Assembly (NCBI GenBank): GCA_963749915.1 | Contig: CAVVOP010000021.1 | Coordinates: forward strand, 160,001 to 224,000 | Direction: 5' to 3' | DNA: 64,000 nt | Source of the DNA: an uncultured cyanobacterium | GTDB lineage: Bacteria > Cyanobacteriota > Cyanobacteriia > Cyanobacteriales > Cyanobacteriaceae | Shown: piece after piece, positions 1-9,302 of the stretch | Layout of the letters: each line of letters opens with the position of its first letter | How positions within the stretch are numbered: the stretch's first letter is position 1 | The notes under the pieces: model-generated | Databases searched by the model: none | Told to the model about the DNA's origin: nothing | What the model saw: only the letters and a program-made list of their open reading frames with translations | Position numbers and translations under genes: made by a program

Positions 1-1119
1 TAACTCCTGCTCAAAATCGTAAAAAACGTTGATTGCGTGTATTAGAGCAGATTGTTCGTCTTGAACGGATTTGAGAGTAGTTTCTTTCTTTTTTCGAGAT
101 GCTTTACCTACTTTTTCATTAATTCCTTTTATTCCTCCTTTTAACAGAGAATTAACCATAGAAGTTCCTTTAAAAAAGAATCTAGCTTCTTTGATTCCAT
201 CAACTTCCCCACCGAACTCCAACAGCAATCCAAGCCCCTCTAATCCGACACCTAAAATATCTAGACCACCAAGTAAAGCACCAACTACAGTATTGCCATT
301 CTCTATCTTCTGAATTTGTTGTTCCAGTTTTTTTTCTTGTGCTTGTTTTTCATTATGCAATTGTTGTAGTTTATCTGGTAAAACACAGGACATAGGCACT
401 TCAAGTAAAAAGGGAATTGGAACCTTCCCAGGATTCTTTTTCATACTTCCATCTGGTTGCAGAGTCGCAAATTCCAAACCGATAGCACTAACTGGAACAA
501 TTCGGACAATAGAACCTGCTTCACCTCGATTTTTGATTAATTCTGCAAAAGCAGGGATAGTGAGAAGTTTTTCAAGTATCTGAGCTAGGGTAAACTTCCG
601 ATCCAGAACATCCCACTTAGTAATAACAAAGTGAACTGGAACTGTAAGGTTCTGCATCCGTTTGAGAATACTGGCTAAATCCGTGTTTAAAAAGACATCG
701 GCTCGTAGTTGATCACTGCCATTCAGCCAAGCATATATTTTGTGCCCATCTAGTAATCCTAAAATCGTATCAGCTTGCTGTATGACTTTTTCTAAATCCG
801 GATCTTTTTCTGCATCAGTTAGACGACCTCCAGCGTAGTCAAAATAAGTAAATTGACAAGCATTGTACTTATCAAGATCTTCTGTCTGAACTTGACAAGT
901 AAACGTCCATTCGGAAATATCTTTTGTTCCAGGGGGCCAAGTATCTCCAGTCAGTATCTGTGTATAGGTCGAGTTTAGTAATTTTCGGTTCTGTGGATCT
1001 TCAATATCAAGCTTAAAACTAGAGTTTTTCTGAGTTGATAATGCCTTAAATATACTAGCTAGGAATACAGTTTTTCCTGCGCCTGATGCTCCTAATGTCA
1101 TAACTTTGAAGTTCTTCAT
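1..1119 (-). CDS. TRAFAC-class P-loop GTPase-domain protein, runs off the window start (not in the ORF track)
   Basis: Manual translation from ATG at 1119: MKNFKVMTLGASGAGKTVFLAS (G1), FDYAGG (G3), VITKWD (G4), VPVSA (G5), then a coiled-coil and Gly/Leu-rich tail; no stop before base 1. Confidence 0.8.
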   Translation of the reverse strand, partial: MKNFKVMTLGASGAGKTVFLASIFKALSTQKNSSFKLDIEDPQNRKLLNSTYTQILTGDTWPPGTKDISEWTFTCQVQTEDLDKYNACQFTYFDYAGGRLTDAEKDPDLEKVIQQADTILGLLDGHKIYAWLNGSDQLRADVFLNTDLASILKRMQNLTVPVHFVITKWDVLDRKFTLAQILEKLLTIPAFAELIKNRGEAGSIVRIVPVSAIGLEFATLQPDGSMKKNPGKVPIPFLLEVPMSCVLPDKLQQLHNEKQAQEKKLEQQIQKIENGNTVVGALLGGLDILGVGLEGLGLLLEFGGEVDGIKEARFFFKGTSMVNSLLKGGIKGINEKVGKASRKKKETTLKSVQDEQSALIHAINVFYDFEQEL

Positions 1120-1159
1120 GGTACGGTTCCTCTATTGCTTCTATTTGAAATGCTACGGG

Positions 1160-1393
1160 TTAGCTTGTTTGTTTTCCTTCTGCCTTGTTTTCAGAAACAG
1201 TCGATTCACTTTTGCTAGACTGGGCTAAACCGGCCGCACCAGCGATCGCTGTCCCAGCTAACCCCATTCCGGACGACCATTTGGCAGCATCGACACTATC
1301 TGTGACTAAGACAGTTACACCAATGATTCCGCCAATCATGGCGATAAAGATAGGGGTTAACGAGTAAATGAATTCAGGAGTGATAAGTTTCAT
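1160..1393 (-). CDS. small two-TM membrane protein
   Basis: 77 aa with two hydrophobic/Gly-Ala-rich segments and a charged tail; AAAGGA RBS-like sequence upstream. Confidence 0.65.
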   Translation of the reverse strand: MKLITPEFIYSLTPIFIAMIGGIIGVTVLVTDSVDAAKWSSGMGLAGTAIAGAAGLAQSSKSESTVSENKAEGKQTS

Positions 1394-1681
1394 ATTTGGT
1401 AATCCTTTAGGTTAGGTTTGAGAGACTAGTTAACTAAGACTAGTTAGGGATGACTGGGCAAGCCTTGTGAGAATAAGCTTTGGGTTCTGTAGCTTTGTTG
1501 TCTCCTATATTGTTGATTGATCATTGGCTCAGGAGATTGCTTTTCTCGAAACACCAGGCGCGATGCCAGCGGAACTGACTTATTTCAAAGCAGTCGCTAA
1601 ATCCGGCGTGAATCGCCATCTGACAGAGTTCTGAAGCCATTTCCGGAAAGTCGTTATTTCTGATGTGGTCACAAATGGCGT

Positions 1682-1999
1682 CTAGCTCTTCTGGCTGCAT
1701 GGATTTCCATCTGTCAACTGAATTACCCCCGCACCTTTGTATTTTGGGCCATCTCCAGGGTGAGTATTGCCCAAATCTTTTCGGCCGTTGTAGGCTGAAC
1801 CATCAGCTAGTTCTTTCAACCATTTCAAGCCACCGCTTTCATGGGCAGTCTGGCTAAGGAAATGACGCATCCTGGCCGGGGTGTTAATTTGGAAACGATT
1901 CAAACAGTCTTTGAGGTCTTTGAGTTGATGGGGTTGGATGGCACGACCGTATATAGCCTCTGCCTGAGCCTTGGAAATCAATTCCCCACCTCCAGGCAA
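1682..1999 (-). pseudogene. glycoside hydrolase family 19 (chitinase/lysozyme) fragment
   Basis: Motifs [36 protein letters not shown]; similarity stops abruptly after IQLT (expected GRxNY missing) and is fused to an unrelated reading frame at 1521-1700. Confidence 0.75.
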
Positions 2000-2066
2000 T
2001 TCCTACAGTTAAGAGTGCGAGGGTTAGTATTTCTCCTTTTTTCCTTTCCACCCCTACAGGCTAATT

Positions 2067-2828
2067 TCACCTGCGTTCGTCTTGAATAATTACCTCTGGC
2101 TTAGTTTCGGGGGGGACATCTGTTTTTGGCGGTTGATCTGGCAACGGGTTGACAATTGATGCGGTATCCCTTACGAGGTTGATCTCAAAGCATGGGCTTA
2201 GAGACGCAAATTCAGCGATTTTCTTAAATGATTCCTGATTTTCGTCGTTCAGAAATCCATTCGTTTTTAACCAATAGCACTGCTCGATCAAAACGAGTTG
2301 GGCATTTCGGTGGCTGTTTTCGTTGTCGAGCCGCTGGCGCTCCAGTCTCCCCGTGGCGAAGTCCTTACAGAATTGGCTAAGATTACCGCCGAATGGCACT
2401 GATATGCCAAGCGCCACTCCGTATTGATTGTTGTTCGAGCTGTTCAATAGATATGGCTCATTAAGAGTTGCTCTGTCATTGCCAGTCCCGACAAAACCGC
2501 CTATACTGAAGCTCGGAGAAGGACAGTCAACAGTAGTATCAATCTTGTAGTTATTATTGAGATTAGGAATTGCAGGATTTATATTAAGCCCGGCGGCCCT
2601 GCCATAGGTATAGGACTGAGCCATGCCAGGTGCAGCTGACCCTAAGCATAGGGTGAGAGGTAGGCACATATGCAAGGTGAAGCGTCCTAATGATGATCGC
2701 TTGCGGGAAACGGTACGAGATTTAGACATGGTTATGAGTGGGTTAAGTGACATGGGATTAAGCGAAATTGGGTAGGTAAACTCTAACTCTGCTCTGTGAG
2801 GAAAATTAGAGTTTAAGATGTTTGCCAC
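2067..2828 (-). CDS. hypothetical exported protein
   Basis: 253-aa ORF with signal-peptide-like segment (LPLTLCLGSAAPGMAQ); true start probably internal. Confidence 0.55.
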   Translation of the reverse strand: MANILNSNFPHRAELEFTYPISLNPMSLNPLITMSKSRTVSRKRSSLGRFTLHMCLPLTLCLGSAAPGMAQSYTYGRAAGLNINPAIPNLNNNYKIDTTVDCPSPSFSIGGFVGTGNDRATLNEPYLLNSSNNNQYGVALGISVPFGGNLSQFCKDFATGRLERQRLDNENSHRNAQLVLIEQCYWLKTNGFLNDENQESFKKIAEFASLSPCFEINLVRDTASIVNPLPDQPPKTDVPPETKPEVIIQDERR

Positions 2829-2898
2829 AACTAAAGAAAAATGGTATAAACTCCGCTGGCATCACGCAAAGAGCTTATGCGGAGCTTAAGTATTGGTT

Positions 2899-3087
2899 TT
2901 AGGTATCGGTTTTAGGGAGCCGAGTAAGTATGGGTACATTAACGTATTTACCGTTATTGCAATCGGCTTGGAATCCGGGTGGCACCGTGTGGGTTGTTCC
3001 ATCGTCCAGATGAAGAATCTTATTCTTCTGGAAATCGGTTTCTGTCTTTAATACTTGGGGACATGGTGGGAATTTCTTGGAAGACAT
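2899..3087 (-). CDS. small hypothetical protein (62 aa)
   Basis: AGGAG RBS upstream; lies directly downstream of the conserved 99-bp element. Confidence 0.55.
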   Translation of the reverse strand: MSSKKFPPCPQVLKTETDFQKNKILHLDDGTTHTVPPGFQADCNNGKYVNVPILTRLPKTDT

Positions 3088-3126
3088 TTTGTCTAGCTCC
3101 TATATGCGTTGTATTGTTTCATCTTT

Positions 3127-3225
3127 TTGAACATCAAGTTCGACTTCTTTGAACCTGATATATTTAGTAAAACCTACTGCTAACTGAGTTCAAACCTGAG
3201 ATTTACTGACTTGTTTCTAACTTGT
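3127..3225 (-). promoter_or_regulatory. conserved 99-bp cis element, copy A (inverted relative to 17714-17812)
   Basis: Reverse complement matches 17714-17812 at 91/99 positions by manual alignment. Confidence 0.75.
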
Positions 3226-3295
3226 GACTCCTTTTGTTCTGACTTTTACTTTGGTTATGACTTTGATGCTGTAGAATTTAGACAGTTGTGATGAG

Positions 3296-4603
3296 GTGCT
3301 TATGCCCAGATCCCTCAAAGTTAAAAGTAATTGCCTTGACAAAGTCAAACTGGCCCTCAGACGTAATGGCTTTCCCAGCCAACGCTCTTTGGCGGAGGAG
3401 GTAGGATATGCTCTAGCCACAGTCAGTAATTTCCTAACTGGTAAACCTGTTGACTATACAACTTTTACAGAACTCTGTCACAGATTGGCTCTGGAGTGGA
3501 AAGAAATCGCCGATCTAAATTTTGAGGTTTCATCCCCCACTAGAGATAAAAAGGCTGAATCCTCTGATTGGACAGATGCCAACCAGAACAAGTCTCCTTG
3601 CTACCCTAGTGGTTCAGTCCCGCTAGATTCTCCTTTTTATCTAGAACGCCCTTCTATTGAGGAAGAAATTTGTCAAGAAATCACGAAACCAGCATCCTTA
3701 GTACGGATTAAAGCACCGAGGGAAATGGGCAAGACTTCACTGCTGTTGAGGATTCTGGACTATGCTCAACACCAGGGCTACCGAACTGTCAGCCTGAACC
3801 TGGAACAAGTTGACCAGTCTATCTTGAAAGATTCGGATAAATTTTTACGCTGGCTGTGTACCAACATTGCCCACCAGCTTCAACTACAAGCGAGGCTAGA
3901 CGAGTATTGGGATGAAGATCTGGGGAGCAAAATTAGCTCCACTCTCTACCTCCAAGGCTATCTACTAGAGCAAATTGATACTCCCCTCGTCTTGGCGTTA
4001 GATGAGGTGAACCAGATTTTCGAGCATTCCCCAGTGGCGAAGGATTTTTTACCTCTGTTGCGTTCTTGGTACGAAGAAGGGAAAAGACTGGACATCTGGA
4101 AAAAGCTCCGCCTGATTGTGGTTCACTCGACGGAAATTTACGTTCCCCTTCAGTTAAATCAGTCACCCTTCAATGTGGGACTGCCAGTTCAGTTAAACCA
4201 CTTCAGTCTGGATGAGGTAGAGCAATTAGCCCAACGCTACGAAATCGAATGGGTAGATGCCTCCGAAGCCAGACAACTAATGGATCTCGTTGGAGGACAT
4301 CCCGCACTGGTGCATACAGCACTCTATCACCTGAGTCATGGGGAGATAAATCTGTCGCAACTGCTGGAAACTGCCCCTACAACTACAGGAATTTATTCTC
4401 ATCACTTGCAGCGCCATAGGGTAACTTTAGAAAAAGAACCGGAATTAGCCAGTGCCCTTCATACTGTCATGAATGCCACTGAGCCAGTGGAATTAGAACT
4501 GAACGCTGCTTATAAGTTAAATAGTATGGGGCTAATTAAACAGTTAGGGAATAAAGCGATCACAGGTTGTGAGTTGTATCGTCAGTATTTTAAGAACCCT
4601 TAA
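3296..4603 (+). CDS. XRE-like HTH plus AAA_35 (STAND-like ATPase) protein
   Basis: N-terminal SQRSLAEEVGYALATVSNFLTGKPV HTH; PSGSVPLDSPFYLERP; Walker A APREMGKTS; Walker B LALDEV; SPFNVGLPVQL. Confidence 0.85.
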   Translation: MLMPRSLKVKSNCLDKVKLALRRNGFPSQRSLAEEVGYALATVSNFLTGKPVDYTTFTELCHRLALEWKEIADLNFEVSSPTRDKKAESSDWTDANQNKSPCYPSGSVPLDSPFYLERPSIEEEICQEITKPASLVRIKAPREMGKTSLLLRILDYAQHQGYRTVSLNLEQVDQSILKDSDKFLRWLCTNIAHQLQLQARLDEYWDEDLGSKISSTLYLQGYLLEQIDTPLVLALDEVNQIFEHSPVAKDFLPLLRSWYEEGKRLDIWKKLRLIVVHSTEIYVPLQLNQSPFNVGLPVQLNHFSLDEVEQLAQRYEIEWVDASEARQLMDLVGGHPALVHTALYHLSHGEINLSQLLETAPTTTGIYSHHLQRHRVTLEKEPELASALHTVMNATEPVELELNAAYKLNSMGLIKQLGNKAITGCELYRQYFKNP

Positions 4604-4629
4604 GTACAATTTTAGTTTTGAATTACAAA

Positions 4630-4760
4630 AGTTAATAAAGTAAGTGCTACTGATCTTGTAGAATCAGATTCTATCTGGGATTAAAAGTTGAGCAGTCTAG
4701 AGCTGATTAAAAATAAGGAAATGAAGCGATCGCAGGTTGTGAATTGTATCGGCAGTTTGA
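4630..4760 (+). pseudogene. degenerate duplicate of the 3' end of the upstream AAA_35 gene
   Basis: AATGAAGCGATCGCAGGTTGTGAATTGTATCGGCAGT resembles AATAAAGCGATCACAGGTTGTGAGTTGTATCGTCAGT at about 4550-4587; weaker similarity extends upstream. Confidence 0.65.
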
Positions 4761-4801
4761 CCTAAAAGAATAACTAACTAGAGTGGGGTTTTGAGATTGA
4801 C

Positions 4802-7085
4802 GTGATTAAAAAGCCACGATTAAAAAATAGCTTCCGTTTTGAACAACTCGATTCAGAAGGTATCTTTTTACTGTCTGAAAAAGGAACAACATTCCTAAGC
4901 AATCCTTTGTTGCAAAAGTTGATCCCCTTGATTGATGGCAAGCTCACTGAGTCAGAAATTGTTGACCAACTCCGCCAGGAATTTCCAGAGGCTTATATTT
5001 TTTATGCTCTTATGGAGCTGGAGCAAAATGGGTTTATCGTTGAGAACGAGCAAGTTTTAGACCCGAACTTCGCTTTATTTTGCGAGTCTTTGTCTGTTGA
5101 TGCCAAAGATGCTTGTAAGCAATTGCAATCTACTCGAGTTGGACTTAGAGCTTTGGGGTCTTTATCCTGCGAGAATTTGAAAGAAAGTTTAGGGCGATCG
5201 CAGAATCCAGGTTGCTGATAGTGGAGAGGGAGAGATTGAAGTTATTTTAACGGACGACTATTTGCGAGGAGAATTAGAAGCAATTAATCGGGCTAATCTC
5301 GAAAAATCTCGGTCGTGGATGTTGGTTAAACCCGTCGGGACTTCCCTTTGGCTCACGATCTTCAATCCCGAGAAAACTGGATGTTGGGAATGTTTAGCAC
5401 AGCGATTGCGAAACAATAGACCCTCAGAAAGATTTATCCAGCGACGCAGAGATAGCGTTTCCCCTTTAACGCCACCCCAGGTTGATCTACCGACAACTCA
5501 ACAAACGGCTGTGGCAATGGCGACCAATGAAATTCTCAAATGGATTCTCCTAGGAACAAATAAACGACTGGAAGGGGTAATTGTAACCTATGACACCCTA
5601 TCTCTAGCAATTCAAAATCACGTCCTCATCAAACGTCCTCAATGTTCCTATTGTGGATACCTCAAACCTCAGCACGCCCCCCTTGAGGCATTCGCTGTGC
5701 GACCTCGCCCTTTACCAGTCATTCTCGGCAGCCGTCAGAAAAGGTTTACCAGCGATGGCGGACATCGTTGTATTTCCCCCGAGGAAACCCTAAAACGCTA
5801 TCAATACCATATCAGTCCCCTATCGGGCGTTGTGCGTTCTTTGGAAAAGCTGCCTGACGATTGTAAAGGTCTGGCTCATATCTATACGGCCAAGCATCAT
5901 TGGGCCTGCATGTTTGACGATTTAGATAATTTGCAAAAAAATATTGGCGGGAGAAGTTCTGGCAAAGGCAGAACGGAGTTTCAAGGCCAAGCCAGTGCTT
6001 TTTGTGAAGCGATCGAGCGCTACTCCGGTATTTTTCAAGGCGATGAAGTGAAGATCGAGAGTAGCTACCACCAGCTCGGCGATCGGGCAATTCATCCCAA
6101 TGCTTGCATGCACTTCAGTGAGGCTCAATATGACAATCGAGAGCCATGGAATGCCCAACATGCCGATCTGTTTCAGAAAGTCCCGGATCCTTTTGATCAA
6201 GCCAGAGAAATTGAGTGGACTCCACTTTGGTCTTTAACCCAGCAAGAGTTTAAATATTTACCCACAGCCTATTGTTTTTTTGGCTATCCCAAGCCAGTCA
6301 ATCCTGACTGTTGGGCGAATACCAATGGCTGTGCTGCAGGGAACACTCTGGAAGAGGCAATTTTACACGGTTTTTTGGAATTGGTGGAGCGAGATAGCGT
6401 GGCCTTGTGGTGGTACAATCGCCTTCAAAAGCCGAGAGTCGATTTAGAGAGCTTTGACGAAACTTATTTTCAAGCCATAACCAACTATTATCAGTCCATT
6501 GGGCGAGAACTTTGGGTGATCGATCTAACTGCGGATCTTAATATTCCGACGTTTGCCGCCATTTCTCGGCGGCGAGATCGCCAGGTAGAAGATATTATTT
6601 TCGGGTTTGGCGCTCATTTGGACTCCAAGTTAGCCATACAAAGAGCACTAACAGAAATCAGTCAAGTGCTTCCAGCAGTTTTTAGTGCGAATCCTGACGG
6701 TACGACTCGATATGCGATTTCGGCTGGATCTCATGTATTACAATGGTGGAAAACGGCAACATTAGAAAACCACCCTTACTTAGTCCCAGATCTCCGCGTT
6801 CCCCCTAAATGTAACTCTGACTATGGGAGTGTCTGGCATGAGGATTTCTTAGAAGATATAAAATACTGTCAGCAACTGGTGGAAGAAAAGGGCATGGAAA
6901 TGCTCGTTCTCGACCAAACGCGCCCCGATATCGGTCTAAATGTCGTTAAAGTCGTCGTGCCAGGTTTACGACATTTCTGGAAGCGGTGGGGTGCGGGACG
7001 GCTTTATAATGTTCCCGTCCAAATGGGTTGGCTTGAGAAACCCTTGACGGAGGAAGAAATGAACCCAATTCCGCTGTGGATGTAA
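4802..7085 (+). pseudogene. TOMM/PatD-like fused leader-binding (RRE/E1-like) plus YcaO cyclodehydratase, frameshifted near 5190
   Basis: ORFs 4802-5218 and 5262-7085 join via frame GDRRIQVADSGEGEIEVILTDDYL; motifs GCWECLAQRL, DGGHR, SSGKG, CEAIERYSG, NTNGCAAGNTLEEAILHGFLELVERD, VVVPGLRHFW and C-terminal NPIPLWM. Confidence 0.9.
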
Positions 7086-7245
7086 TAATTAGGGCGAGGT
7101 CGCTTCGCTCGTCCCCCAAGCACGGCGTATTGGGTTGAAATTAAAGACAAGGGCGATATTGATTCAACCAATGAACTTGCCCTAAGCAATCCTCTGATTG
7201 AGTCTATAAAATTGAACGGAACTCAAATTTTTAAAGCGAAACCAA

Positions 7246-7288
7246 ATATATCATTGACGATATATATTTTTTATGTTAGGTTTACATC
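7246..7288 (+). promoter_or_regulatory. sigma70-type promoter with operator palindrome for the TA pair
   Basis: ATATATC-attgac-GATATAT palindrome over -35 TTGACG (7254), 17-nt spacer, -10 TAGGTT (7277), ATG 6 nt later. Confidence 0.55.
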
Positions 7289-7648
7289 ATGAGTTGGATA
7301 GTAGAATTTCACCCATCATTCAAAGAAGAGTTCAAGATGTTTTCAGAAAACGTCCAAGATGCTCTTTTAGAAGACTTGGAAGTTCTCGAAGAATTTGGAC
7401 CACATCTTGGTCGTCCGGCAGTTGATACACTTAAAAACTCTAAGCATAGTAATATGAAAGAGCTTAGATTCAATGCTGATGATGGAGTATGGAGAATGGC
7501 TTTTGCCTTCAATCCAGAAAGGAAAGCTATCTTATTAGTTGCAGGAGATAAATCAGGAACAAGTAGTCAAAGGTTTTATAAACAGCTTATCAAAAAGGCT
7601 GACCAGCGGTTTGAAGACCACTTGCAAAGATTAAAGGAGAACAAATAA
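7289..7648 (+). CDS. type II toxin, RelE/ParE superfamily (HigB2/Tad-like)
   Basis: GPHLGRPAVDTLKNSKHSNMKELR, WRMAFAFNPERKAILLVAGDKSG. Confidence 0.9.
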   Translation: MSWIVEFHPSFKEEFKMFSENVQDALLEDLEVLEEFGPHLGRPAVDTLKNSKHSNMKELRFNADDGVWRMAFAFNPERKAILLVAGDKSGTSSQRFYKQLIKKADQRFEDHLQRLKENK

Positions 7649-8004
7649 TGAGCAAAGGACCATTATTACAAGATGTTTGGGACGCACTACCTGAAGAGAG
7701 AAAAGCGAAAATTAAGGCTCGTGCCAAGACAAAGATACAAACGTATAGAAACTTAGAAGCTATCAGAAAAGCTGCCGGATTAACGCAAGCCAAAATCGCA
7801 CAAGAATTAGATATGCCTCAAGGGAATGTTTCTCGCTTGGAAAAAAACTCTGATATGCTTTTGTCAACGCTTCAACGATATATAGAAGCCGCTGGTGGCA
7901 AATTAAATCTAACAGTAGAATTACCGGGCAAACCCCCTATCCCTCTTTCAGGTTTGGGAGACTTAATTGAGAATGGTGATGGGGTAAAGCATCCCCATTT
8001 ATAA
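7648..8004 (+). CDS. XRE-family HTH antitoxin
   Basis: LEAIRKAAGLTQAKIAQELDMPQGNVSRLEKNSDMLLSTLQRYIEAAGGKL; TAATG translational coupling to the toxin. Confidence 0.9.
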   Translation: MSKGPLLQDVWDALPEERKAKIKARAKTKIQTYRNLEAIRKAAGLTQAKIAQELDMPQGNVSRLEKNSDMLLSTLQRYIEAAGGKLNLTVELPGKPPIPLSGLGDLIENGDGVKHPHL

Positions 8005-8071
8005 GTTTGCTAACTTGATTCAGAGAAATCACCTTATGAACTCATTCCACTAATCATTTTAGAAATTTCCC

Positions 8072-9154
8072 ATGCTAAACGGCTATAAAATCATTGATGC
8101 AGACTCCCATGTTTACGAACCTCATTCTCTGTGGACAACCTATCTTGAACCTGCATTTCGCCATTTGGCTCCCACTCGGGATCTAAAAATTCAAGGGGAA
8201 TCGGTGATGAACAAATCTTCCCAAATGCTTATTGATGAGGGCGTTAAGCAGGTTAAGCGATCGCACCCTCTCTCTTTTGTCCAAGAATTTAACTCGGAAT
8301 CTCAAGTGCAAGCGATGTACCGGATGGGAGTCGATATTGCCTTTGTTTATCCGACCTACCTCTCATGGATTACCGGTGTCGATGCTATGCCTGCCCCACA
8401 AGTCGGGGCTTATATCCGGGCCTACAATAGTTGGCTGTACGACTTTTGCAGCTATAACCCAGCCATCTTAAAAGGGGTCGGGGTCGTTAATCTACACGCC
8501 CCCGAAGAAATGATTCCCGAATTGCGACGCATTGCAAGTTTTGGCTGGAAAGCTGTTTATTTACGCCCCAATCCCGTCAAGGGAAGGTTGCTCAACGATC
8601 CGGCTTACGAACTGTTTTGGACAGAATGCGAGAAACTTGATATCGCTGTCAGTCTCCACGAGACAACCCACAGCCGAGTTCCCAGTGCAGGAGCCGATCG
8701 CTTTTCCTCTCGTTTTGCCCTCCACGCCTGTTCTCACCCCATGGAACAGATGATGGCATTACTGGCACTCATTGAAGGGGGAGTTTTGGAAAGACATCCT
8801 CAACTCAGGGTAGGATTTCTAGAGTCGGGGTGCGGTTGGTTGCCTTACTGGTTGTGGAGACTCGATCGCGAGTACGAAGACTTACAGTGGGAGGTGGGTG
8901 ATCGTGTCAAGATGAAACCGTCAGATTATTTTCGCCGCCAGTGCTTTATTGCTGTGGAACCATCGGAAACTTATCTTCCCAAACTGTTAGAGGAACTCGG
9001 TGCAGATAATCTTATCTTTGGTTCCGATTATCCCCACATGGATCATAAACCAAATGTTGTTGACGATATGGTGGCACTGGAAGAAGAATTATCTAAACCA
9101 GTTCTCCAGAAAATCCTCTGGGATAATCCCAAGAGATTCTATGGTTTGGAATAA
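8072..9154 (+). CDS. amidohydrolase_2 family metalloenzyme (hydrolase/decarboxylase)
   Basis: IIDADSHV, VSLHE, GGVLERHPQLRVGFLESG, FGSDYPHMD, KILWDNP. Confidence 0.9.
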   Translation: MLNGYKIIDADSHVYEPHSLWTTYLEPAFRHLAPTRDLKIQGESVMNKSSQMLIDEGVKQVKRSHPLSFVQEFNSESQVQAMYRMGVDIAFVYPTYLSWITGVDAMPAPQVGAYIRAYNSWLYDFCSYNPAILKGVGVVNLHAPEEMIPELRRIASFGWKAVYLRPNPVKGRLLNDPAYELFWTECEKLDIAVSLHETTHSRVPSAGADRFSSRFALHACSHPMEQMMALLALIEGGVLERHPQLRVGFLESGCGWLPYWLWRLDREYEDLQWEVGDRVKMKPSDYFRRQCFIAVEPSETYLPKLLEELGADNLIFGSDYPHMDHKPNVVDDMVALEEELSKPVLQKILWDNPKRFYGLE

Positions 9155-9302
9155 CTTGTATTTTACCATTTGCATCAACGCCCCCTGAACTCTGAACCCT
9201 GAACTCCAAACTATTGTAATAGTTCTTAATATAGTTCCGATTTCTAACTGATAGACTAAATATTATTATAGAAAATATAAATTTAGGAGTAAATTAAATG
9301 CA

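Noticed and set aside
4500..4760. Diversity-generating retroelement VR/TR pair
   Set aside because: Differences are not adenine-specific, include indels, and there is no reverse transcriptase in the window
9184..9211. Short heptamer repeats (CTGAACY), similar runs at 22381-22407, and a 15-bp duplication at about 11269-11298
   Set aside because: Ordinary cyanobacterial short tandem repeats or slippage products with no sign of function
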